Shown: in pieces, positions 10,385-17,700 of the stretch
Layout of the letters: each line of letters opens with the position of its first letter
Numbering within the stretch: the first letter of the stretch is position 1
Notes under the pieces: generated by a model
Databases searched by the model: none
Told to the model about the DNA's origin: nothing
The model's input: the letters and a program-made list of their open reading frames with translations, nothing else
Origin: Verrucomicrobiota bacterium
GTDB lineage: Bacteria; Verrucomicrobiota; Verrucomicrobiia; Limisphaerales; CANJXF01
Length of the DNA: 25,498 nucleotides
Reading direction: 5' to 3'
NCBI GenBank assembly: GCA_038214755.1
Contig: JBBQRQ010000076.1
Location: 1-25,498, forward strand
Made by a program: the position numbers and the translations under genes

Positions 10385-11910
10385 ACTCGAATTCCAAAAT
10401 CGAGTTCGGAGATTTTCAAACACCTCAAGTGCTCGCCGATCAGGTTTGCGAATTACTTACGCAGCGCGGCATCGTCGCGGACATCGTGGTTGAGCCCACG
10501 TGTGGCGTTGGGTCTTTTCTCGTCGCCGCTGCTCGATCATTTCCCGAGGCGCAATTGTTTGGCTGGGACATTAACCCGGACTACGCCGAGAAAGCTCGCG
10601 CTGCACTTAAGCAAGTTGACGCGGTGGACAGATCGATTGTTGCAACACAGGATTTTTTCCAACATGACTGGGCTACTGAGCTTTCCGCTTTGAAGGGGAA
10701 ATTGCTTATTCTCGGCAACCTTCCGTGGGTTACAAATGCGGCTGTATCCAGTCTCAACGGCTCAAACGTTCCGGTAAAACGCAACTTTCAGGGCTTTCGC
10801 GGTATTGAAGCGCGAACCGGCAAAGCCAATTTCGATATTTCCGAGTGGATGCTCATCCAATTAGTCAACTCTTTGAGGGGAAGATCCGCGACGCTTGCGA
10901 TGCTCTGTAAAACTGCCACCGCTCGAAAACTGCTTCGCTTCGCATGGCAAAATGATGGGAGGGCTGAAACTGCATCGATGCATAAAATAGATGCCAAGAA
11001 ATATTTTAGCGCCGCTGTAGACGCTTGTTTACTTCTGGTTCAAACCGGTTCGCCAGGCCCAACCGAAGCGCCGGTGTTTGAGAGTCTCGATGCACAAGCT
11101 CCGTCAAAACTATTAGGTTTGGCCGGACAAGACCTCGTTTCTAATTTGCGCGTTTATCAGGCGCTCAGGCATCTGGAAGGACTTTCTCCCTATCAATGGC
11201 GTTCCGGCGTCAAACACGATTGTTCTTCGGTAATGGAACTTTGGCGAAATGGGGGGACCACATTTCATAATAAACTCGATGAAGAAATAGACCTCGAACC
11301 AGATTTTTTGTTCCCGCTTCTCAAATGTTCCGACTTGGCGAATGGAAGAACCAAACCCGAACGCTTTGTTTTGGTGACGCAAACACGAGTGGGCGAAGAT
11401 ACCTCAGAGATTTTGAAGAAGGCACCGCGCACCTGGAACTATTTGGATTCTCACCGGGACCGTTTCAATGCGCGAAAAAGTTCCATTTATGCCAGCCGGG
11501 TTCCCTTCGCACTTTTTGGCATCGGCGATTATTCATTTGCACCGTGGAAGGTGGCTATATCGGGGCTTCATAAAACACCACGCTTCGTTTTGGTTGAACC
11601 TTTTCTAAACAAGCCGGTGTTTTTCGATGATGCGTGTTATTTCCTCCCATTTCAGAATCGAGCAGAAGCCAAGGCCGTCGAGAATATTCTCAATTCCGAA
11701 CCGTGTCTCCGTTTTATCTCTTCACTGTTGTTTGAGGATTCCAAACGCCCGGTCACAGTTGAATTGCTTCAGCGCCTCAATCTTCATGCGATTGCGGATG
11801 CGGCGGGCTTACTTGACGAGTGGGCATCAGTTCGCAATCAGGGGATTTTTTCCCAGAAGCAGCTTGTAGAATTACAACACGAGTTCCTAATGGAACGACC
11901 GGCAAAATAA
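10381..11910 (+). CDS. Amino (probably N6-adenine, gamma-class) DNA methyltransferase, M.NspV-like
   Basis: Motif X EFGDFQTP, motif I VEPTCGVGSFL, motif II GWDIN, motif IV GNLPWV (NPPW variant), long C-terminal target-recognition region; coupled to the REase. Confidence 0.88.
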   Translation: MNSNSKIEFGDFQTPQVLADQVCELLTQRGIVADIVVEPTCGVGSFLVAAARSFPEAQLFGWDINPDYAEKARAALKQVDAVDRSIVATQDFFQHDWATELSALKGKLLILGNLPWVTNAAVSSLNGSNVPVKRNFQGFRGIEARTGKANFDISEWMLIQLVNSLRGRSATLAMLCKTATARKLLRFAWQNDGRAETASMHKIDAKKYFSAAVDACLLLVQTGSPGPTEAPVFESLDAQAPSKLLGLAGQDLVSNLRVYQALRHLEGLSPYQWRSGVKHDCSSVMELWRNGGTTFHNKLDEEIDLEPDFLFPLLKCSDLANGRTKPERFVLVTQTRVGEDTSEILKKAPRTWNYLDSHRDRFNARKSSIYASRVPFALFGIGDYSFAPWKVAISGLHKTPRFVLVEPFLNKPVFFDDACYFLPFQNRAEAKAVENILNSEPCLRFISSLLFEDSKRPVTVELLQRLNLHAIADAAGLLDEWASVRNQGIFSQKQLVELQHEFLMERPAK

Positions 11911-11968
11911 GGGTCTTCGGTTTTGCCATTCTCCGAATCGCAACCCGAATTAAAGTCGAATCAATTCT

Positions 11969-12775
11969 ATGAGCGACAAATCTAAAATCGAGTGGACAGA
12001 CGCGACGTGGAATCCCGTGCGCGGTTGCACGAAGATCAGTCCGGGTTGCGCTCACTGCTATGCTGAAACATTCGCAGAGCGCTTTCGTGGCGTGCCCGGC
12101 CATCCTTTTGAATTGGGTTTTGATCTAAAACTTGTTCCTAAAAAATTGGCAGAACCTTTTCGATGGGGAACGCCTCGCAAGATTTTCGTCAATTCGATGA
12201 GCGATTTGTTTCATCCAAACGTTCCGACCGATTACATCGTCAAAGTCGCCAAAGTAATGTGCGAAGCAAACTGGCACACCTATCAAGTTCTGACCAAACG
12301 CGCTGACCGACTCGAAAAATTGTTGAAAAGCGAACTTAGGTTCACCACCAAACAAAATCATATCTGGTGGGGCGTCAGCGTCGAAAATCGCCAGCATAGA
12401 TTTCCACGAATTGATCATTTGCGCAATTCTCCGGCTCCTGTTCGCTTCCTTTCAGTCGAGCCATTGCTGGAAGATTTAGGAAAAGTAAATTTGCGCGGAA
12501 TGGATTGGGTAATTGTTGGTGGTGAAAGCGGTCCCGGGGCGCGGCCAATGGAGTCAGAATGGGTTCGCACCATTCGTGATCAATGCGACAAAGCTGGAGT
12601 GGCGTTTTTCTTCAAACAATGGGGTGGCGTTCGCAAATCAACGACTGGCCGAACATTGGACGGCGAAACGTACGATGAATTCCCCAAATTGCAGAGAGTG
12701 TCAGTTTCAAATCTAGATTTTCGACTCGCTTCGCTTGATCGTTGGGAAGCGGCATTCAATCTCGCCGCGGCTTGA
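11969..12775 (+). CDS. DUF5131 / phage Gp37-Gp68 family three-Cys (radical-SAM-like) protein
   Basis: SKIEWTDATWNPVRGCTKISPGCAHCYAE, IFVNSMSDLFH, YQVLTKR, FLSVEPLL, WVIVGGESG..ARPM, FFFKQWGG. Confidence 0.93.
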   Translation: MSDKSKIEWTDATWNPVRGCTKISPGCAHCYAETFAERFRGVPGHPFELGFDLKLVPKKLAEPFRWGTPRKIFVNSMSDLFHPNVPTDYIVKVAKVMCEANWHTYQVLTKRADRLEKLLKSELRFTTKQNHIWWGVSVENRQHRFPRIDHLRNSPAPVRFLSVEPLLEDLGKVNLRGMDWVIVGGESGPGARPMESEWVRTIRDQCDKAGVAFFFKQWGGVRKSTTGRTLDGETYDEFPKLQRVSVSNLDFRLASLDRWEAAFNLAAA

Positions 12776-12848
12776 TCGAATTATTTCCCGATAATTATTT
12801 CAAAGCTGTTTCCGCAACAAACCGGTGAACCATTCGAAGGCGCGTTTG

Positions 12849-12872
12849 GTCCACGGCGCTCGTTTCACATCG
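12849..12872 (+). repeat. 24-bp direct repeat, copy 1
   Basis: GTCCACGGCGCTCGTTTCACATCG, identical to 13725-13748. Confidence 0.95.
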
Positions 12873-12994
12873 GCGAGCTGAATGGTTTTGCACTGCGCCT
12901 TGTCGCGCTCGAACCGGAGAATTACGGCTTAAACAATTGACCGAACGCTTTTTTTGCCAGATATATGGATGACCGTCTGAGTTCACAATTTCCT

Positions 12995-13594
12995 ATGCCA
13001 TTTTCGTTTTCCCATCGCAAAGCCACGCAAGCCCTGAATTTTCTGGCGAAGAGGGCGGGCGGCAGCATTCATAAATTGAAGGCGTTGAAGCTGGTGTATT
13101 TCGCGGATCGCTATCACTTGCGTCGTTTCGGGCGTCCGGTCGTCGGCGATGAATATCTGGCGATGCAATACGGCCCCGTCCCGTCGAACACGAAGGACAT
13201 TGCGGAGATGGGCGATTTTCTTGGCAAAGAGGAACGTGATTATGCCAAGTCGTTCATCCGCCCGATCACGCGCTATACTTTTCGCTCGGAACGCGACGTG
13301 GAGGAAAAGGTTTTCTCGCAAAGCGACCGTGACGCGCTGGCTTGGTCGGGGGAGCAGTTTGGCAAATATGGCCGTTTTGAATTGGCTGAGTTGACGCACG
13401 CCTATCCAGAATGGAAACGGCACGAAGCGGCGTTGAAGGCCAAGCTGGTTTCTCGCGCGCCAATGAATTACCGGGATTTTCTGGAAGATCCTCCCAGGGG
13501 ATACGAGCCCTGTCATGCGCTTAGCCCCGAGGAGCGGGAAGCCGTGGCGGATGGCATCGGAGACGTGGCGGACTTTGAGCGTTCGTGGCGTTAA
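12995..13594 (+). CDS. Panacea (DUF4065/SocA-like) antitoxin
   Basis: KATQALNFL..KLKALKLVYFADRYHL..GRPVVGDEYLAMQYGPVPS..ELAELTH..PEW. Alternative start at 12965. Confidence 0.9.
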   Translation: MPFSFSHRKATQALNFLAKRAGGSIHKLKALKLVYFADRYHLRRFGRPVVGDEYLAMQYGPVPSNTKDIAEMGDFLGKEERDYAKSFIRPITRYTFRSERDVEEKVFSQSDRDALAWSGEQFGKYGRFELAELTHAYPEWKRHEAALKAKLVSRAPMNYRDFLEDPPRGYEPCHALSPEEREAVADGIGDVADFERSWR

Positions 13595-13600
13595 ACAGCC

Positions 13601-13819
13601 ATGGCGAACGAAGGCGTTCCAATGGAATTGCGGGTCGGGTTGCGGGCAGGAAGCGTCTATTATTTTCAAAGTCGCGAGTTGAGTTCGGGCGAACCCCATT
13701 TCTTCGTCGTAGTGAATCGCGATCGTCCACGGCGCTCGTTTCACATCGTCTGGGGATTCGGCTCAAAAGAGCGTTGGTCGAGATTCCCCGCCCGCAAAAG
13801 GGAAATGGAAACACGATAA
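13601..13819 (+). pseudogene. Probable truncated partner toxin of the Panacea antitoxin
   Basis: Starts 6 nt after the antitoxin stop. LRAGSVYYF..EPHFFVVVNRD resembles the start of a PemK/MazF-like fold. Protein-like sequence stops at the 24-bp repeat (13725) and a short unrelated tail follows. Confidence 0.6.
13725..13748 (+). repeat. 24-bp direct repeat, copy 2
   Basis: GTCCACGGCGCTCGTTTCACATCG, identical to 12849-12872. Confidence 0.95.
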
Positions 13820-13868
13820 TCCGCCATTTAGTGGTTGATTATCATGCCATGTCTGGTTGATTATCATG
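13815..13868. promoter_or_regulatory. Operator-like repeats upstream of the ATPase gene
   Basis: TGGTTGATTATCATG at 13832-13846 and 13854-13868 (period 22), plus an imperfect inverted copy GATAATCCGCCA at 13815-13826. Confidence 0.6.
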
Positions 13869-13870
13869 TC

Positions 13871-15115
13871 GTGATTGAACGATTCATACAGTCAGCCATC
13901 CGTGAGGCGCTCGCCGATACGCCCGTGATTCTCATCGTGGGCGCTCGCCAAACCGGCAAGAGCACGCTGGTTCAAACCGCTCGGTTGAACAAGCCCTTCC
14001 AATATTTCACCCTCGATGACGCCCCGGTGCTGGCTGCTGTCAGAAGCGATCCGTCCGGGTTTTTCGCTGGACTTGGCGACGGCCTCATCATTCTGGATGA
14101 AGTGCAGCGTGTCCCCGAACTGTTCCTCGCTTTGAAAGCGCAGGTGGATCGCAATCGCAAGCCCGGTCGATTCATCCTGACTGGTTCGGCGAACGTACTG
14201 TTGCTGCCGAAAATTGCGGATTCGCTGGCGGGACGAATGGAAGTGCTGACCCTCTGGCCTCTTTCCCAGGGAGAAATGAGCGGCGTTAGAGAAGGATTTC
14301 TTGACGCCGTATTCGCGACAAAACTTTCTTGGCAAATCAAAAGCAGGAAAGAAAATCGAACGCAACTCATCGAGCGCATTTGCCTCGGCGGTTATCCGGA
14401 AGTTGTCGCGCGACCGAATCCCGCGAGGCGCAAAGCGTGGTTTGAATCGTATGTGACCACCATTCTGCAACGCGACGTTCGCGACCTCGCCAACATTGAT
14501 GATGTTTCCGCGCTGCCACGTTTGCTGGCGCTGCTGGCCGCGCGCGCCGGGACGCTCGTCAACTTTGCGGAGATTTCCCGCTCGGTCAGCCTGCCGCAAT
14601 CGACGTTGAAGCGTTACCAATCGTTGTTGGAAAAAACTTTCCTCATCCGCCTGCTCCCTGCGTGGTCGGGAAACCTCGGCAAACGCTTGATCCAAACGCC
14701 CAAACTTTATCTAAACGACACCGGGCTGCTCGCATCATTGCTGGGCGCAACGTCCGCGTCATTGACCGGCGACGCTCCCTTGCTCGGCCCGTTGTTGGAA
14801 AATTTTGTGCTCGCTGAGTTGCAAAAACAAATCGGCTGGAGCGAAACGAAGCCGCGCATTTTTCATTGGCGCACGGCGAGCAATCAGGAAGTGGATTTCG
14901 TGCTCGAAGATGATCGCGGGCGGCTCGTGGGAATCGAAGTCAAAGCCACCGCGAGTCTCGGCGCAAATCATCTGCTCGGAATGCGCGCCCTGGCGGAAGC
15001 GGCGGGAAAACGATTCCTGCGCGGCGTGGTGTTTTACACCGGCGATCAAGTCGTTCCGTTCGCGGCGAACATTCACGCCATGCCGGTGCGCGCGTTGTGG
15101 GAAGTGGAGCTTTGA
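13871..15115 (+). CDS. AAA_14 ATPase with DUF4143 and C-terminal PD-(D/E)XK-like domain
   Basis: Walker A GARQTGKST, Walker B IILDEVQ, FILTGS, SLAGR, GGYPE, PKLYLNDTGL, EVDFVLE..GIEVK; likely GTG start at 13871. Confidence 0.92.
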   Translation: MIERFIQSAIREALADTPVILIVGARQTGKSTLVQTARLNKPFQYFTLDDAPVLAAVRSDPSGFFAGLGDGLIILDEVQRVPELFLALKAQVDRNRKPGRFILTGSANVLLLPKIADSLAGRMEVLTLWPLSQGEMSGVREGFLDAVFATKLSWQIKSRKENRTQLIERICLGGYPEVVARPNPARRKAWFESYVTTILQRDVRDLANIDDVSALPRLLALLAARAGTLVNFAEISRSVSLPQSTLKRYQSLLEKTFLIRLLPAWSGNLGKRLIQTPKLYLNDTGLLASLLGATSASLTGDAPLLGPLLENFVLAELQKQIGWSETKPRIFHWRTASNQEVDFVLEDDRGRLVGIEVKATASLGANHLLGMRALAEAAGKRFLRGVVFYTGDQVVPFAANIHAMPVRALWEVEL

Positions 15116-15208
15116 TCAGGTCGCGTCTCATCTCTCTTTTCTTCCCATCGCGCGCCCCGCGTTTTCAAGCTGTTCTTGGCCGAAAATTTTTCCATAAAGA
15201 TTGGGAAA

Positions 15209-16351
15209 TTATTTTTCCAGTCGCACGATGGCTGCATAAACCTGGCCCATTTGATCGCGCCGAAATTGTTTTGAAATGGCCCGCATCACCGGCGCCTTGT
15301 CTCGCAAAATGGAGAAACCTTCCGCTTTTATTGATTCGTAAGCGACGCGCACCTTATCGCGAAATTCCTGCTCGGCATTCACCTGGCGAATGGCGTCGTC
15401 GATGTTCGCGCGGAATTTTTCGATGTCGTCGGGCTGATATTCTTCGAGGAGCAACGGCAACAACACGTCGTAGTTCAGCACGTCGGAAGTTTCGAGCGCG
15501 TTCCAGCATGTGGCGATCACAGCGATCTTCGTGATGCCCGTTGCCCAATGAATTTCTTCGACGCTCTCAGGTTTGCATTTCCACATCGTCACTCGTGTGG
15601 TGGGTTCGGCGACATACCAGACCGCGCCTTCTGTGCCGGATAATTTCTCATCCGCTGTCGGCGTGTTGCGCGAATTCATTTCCTCGCGCAGCGATTGGAA
15701 TTTCGCCACGGGATCTTCGCCCGCGCGCAATTCGCCGAGGAGAGTTGGCATCGGAACGGAACCGCATTGCAACTGAAACGGAGCGACCACCGACGCATCT
15801 TCCGCCTTCACGCCAAAAAGCACCGCGACATCAAGGTCATTCTGGTAGGCAATGAGATGAGCGTTGCGCGCTCCATACATTTCAAAACTGATGTGGCAAT
15901 TGTTGTTTTCAACGAGCCGCGGAATTTCCGGATGCCGGGCAATCAATTCCCGCCAATAATCAAGGAACGGTCCCCACTTGCTGTTCCGCAACGTTGGCGC
16001 AAGCCGCAGTTTGTAAGTGGTGCGCGCCACTCCGTCGGCATCGCGATATCGGTAAGCCAGCACATTTGTGCCATCCAGTTTTTCGTAAAGATGCACGGAT
16101 TGAATCGGCGGAAAATGGAACCGACCATCTTTGCCGAATGGATAATGCAACTTGGGCGTGGCAAAAATCCGTTGCGGCATGGGCCGTCCATCCACTCGCA
16201 ACAAGGCGAGCGCGCCGTACCGATGATCCGGTCGTTGCGAGAGAAAACCTTCGAGGCGAAGATCGTCATTGAACGGATCCATCGTGTCGAAGGGCTGAAG
16301 AAATTTGGGATCGACGCCGAGCAATGTGGCGGCTTGTTCGAGATCAGTCAT
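15209..16351 (-). CDS. ATP-dependent RNA ligase family nucleotidyltransferase
   Basis: Motif I YEKLDGTN (KxDGxN), III FEMYG, IIIa VLFGV, IV EGAVW, V WKCK; helical C-terminus with no evident OB fold. The ORF extension upstream of ATG 16351 runs through a REP element. Confidence 0.8.
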   Translation of the reverse strand: MTDLEQAATLLGVDPKFLQPFDTMDPFNDDLRLEGFLSQRPDHRYGALALLRVDGRPMPQRIFATPKLHYPFGKDGRFHFPPIQSVHLYEKLDGTNVLAYRYRDADGVARTTYKLRLAPTLRNSKWGPFLDYWRELIARHPEIPRLVENNNCHISFEMYGARNAHLIAYQNDLDVAVLFGVKAEDASVVAPFQLQCGSVPMPTLLGELRAGEDPVAKFQSLREEMNSRNTPTADEKLSGTEGAVWYVAEPTTRVTMWKCKPESVEEIHWATGITKIAVIATCWNALETSDVLNYDVLLPLLLEEYQPDDIEKFRANIDDAIRQVNAEQEFRDKVRVAYESIKAEGFSILRDKAPVMRAISKQFRRDQMGQVYAAIVRLEK

Positions 16352-16441
16352 AAATTCGAGAGTGCAACGGAGCGGAAAGTTTGCCTTGGTTTTTCCATCT
16401 CGGCAACAGCGGCACAAAATCCCCGATTGAAACGAGAAGTT

Positions 16442-16593
16442 GTGGCGCAGGATTGCATCCCGCTGTATCGCCGGTTTTAAACCGGCTGAACGTCGCAAGT
16501 AGAAAACTCTTTTGGTTATCGAAAGTCTCTCGTTTCTGGCCGCGTCTCGCAGGTTGAAAACCTGTGATACGGCAGGATGCAATCCTGCGCTAC
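16442..16593. repeat. GTAGCGCAG-type double-hairpin REPIN
   Basis: Left unit GTGGCGCAGGATTGCATCCCGCTGTATCGCCGGTTTTAAACCGG; inverted right unit (reverse complement) GTAGCGCAGGATTGCATCCTGCCGTATCACAGGTTTTCAACCTG. Confidence 0.9.
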
Positions 16594-16598
16594 GTCCG

Positions 16599-17468
16599 TC
16601 AAACCGGCGGCCAGCCGCGCGGTTCATGACCATACACACTTTCGTAGGCGCGCACCGTTGTGGGCGGCGGACGATCCAGCGCCTCACGTCGCGCCTGTGC
16701 ATTTCCCTCGGCCAATTCCCCGCGAAAACGTTCCAGTTCCGCCTGCTTCTCATCTTCTTCCTGTTGCGCGGCGAACGATTCTGACGGCGAATAATCTTCG
16801 GGCTTCTCCATCTCTTTGCGCAACGACGATAGATCAACGAGGCCAAGTTCGGGAAAATGATAAACCCAATCCGCGCCCATCGCTTTGAGCCGTTGAAAAA
16901 TCATTTGGTAAACCAAGGTCAAATCCGCCCGCTGCGAAATCCAAATTGTGCCCATGTAAAATTGGCAATAGTCCATGTTCCAAATATTTTCGTTCGGACC
17001 GTTGAGATATTCCGCGAGGAACGCCGCCGCCCCGCGAAAAGAACCGATGTCCGCCGTGCGTCCGTCGGGCGCGATCACGTCGTTGTTATCCGAAAACACA
17101 TCCCAAAGACAGAGCGCCACCAGTTGCGTCACCTCTTCGGTGAGGTTCAGCGGAGTTTCCTCCCAGGAAGCGCGCACCTCCTCGAGAGTCGGTTCGAGTG
17201 TCGGAGCGAGTTTTTGATTTTCCGGCTCGCGCTCGCGCCGCGTCCGCATCAGGCCCTCAATGTTCCGCTGCATCTGCAACCTTTCCCGATAAACCCGCTC
17301 CACCGATGGATGAAAGCAGGCGAGCAACGGAGATTTCTCCCAACCTTCCGGCGCGATTTCCGCCAGCACGTCCGAGCCCGCCAACCCATGCGGAAACAAT
17401 CCGTCGAAAAATTTTTTCAATTCGACGTCCGTCAAACGCTTCTTCTGCCAATCATCCATTTCATCCAT
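16599..17468 (-). CDS. Uncharacterised protein, 289 aa
   Basis: Protein-like and acidic, with motif-like blocks CLWDVFSDN, DIGSFRG, FYMGT, VYG..PRGWPP; bounded by two REPINs. Confidence 0.8.
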   Translation of the reverse strand: MDEMDDWQKKRLTDVELKKFFDGLFPHGLAGSDVLAEIAPEGWEKSPLLACFHPSVERVYRERLQMQRNIEGLMRTRREREPENQKLAPTLEPTLEEVRASWEETPLNLTEEVTQLVALCLWDVFSDNNDVIAPDGRTADIGSFRGAAAFLAEYLNGPNENIWNMDYCQFYMGTIWISQRADLTLVYQMIFQRLKAMGADWVYHFPELGLVDLSSLRKEMEKPEDYSPSESFAAQQEEDEKQAELERFRGELAEGNAQARREALDRPPPTTVRAYESVYGHEPRGWPPV

Positions 17469-17560
17469 GCGGCGACAAACCTACACAGAAACCAGCAGCA
17501 ATACAAAGTGGGAAACGTCCAGAGGTGTGATTCCAAATGGCGGTCACTACCGGTGCCGTT

Positions 17561-17663
17561 AAAAGCGGCGGAGGACCGCCGCACTCCAAGACGCTCGCGC
17601 GAATTTCGTTGGCGCAGGAATGGCGCGTTGCGTTTTGGAGTGCGCCAGCCCTCTGGCGCTCTT
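17561..17663. repeat. REPIN-like element, TTGGA(C/G)TGCG family, opposite unit orientation to the 8329 copy
   Basis: AAAAGCGGCGGAGGACCGCCGCACTCCAA (17561-17589) and TTGGAGTGCGCCAGCCCTCTGGCGCTCTT (17635-17663). Confidence 0.82.
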
Positions 17664-17700
17664 GTCCGGGAAAATTTTCGCCAGCGCTTTGACCAAAATT

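Noticed and set aside
12790..12940. Open stretch reading ..EGAFGPRRSFHIGELNGF.. as a gene remnant
   Set aside because: No start codon or recognisable family; cannot be supported without a search.
12849..13748. 24-bp repeats as a CRISPR array, integron attC sites or an IS1202 target duplication
   Set aside because: Only two copies 876 bp apart, no cas or integrase gene, no attC core pairing, and no TGT..ACA ends inside the repeats.
16352..16846. 165-aa N-terminal extension of the RNA ligase ORF
   Set aside because: It runs through a REPIN and overlaps the upstream gene; Arg-rich and non-protein-like.
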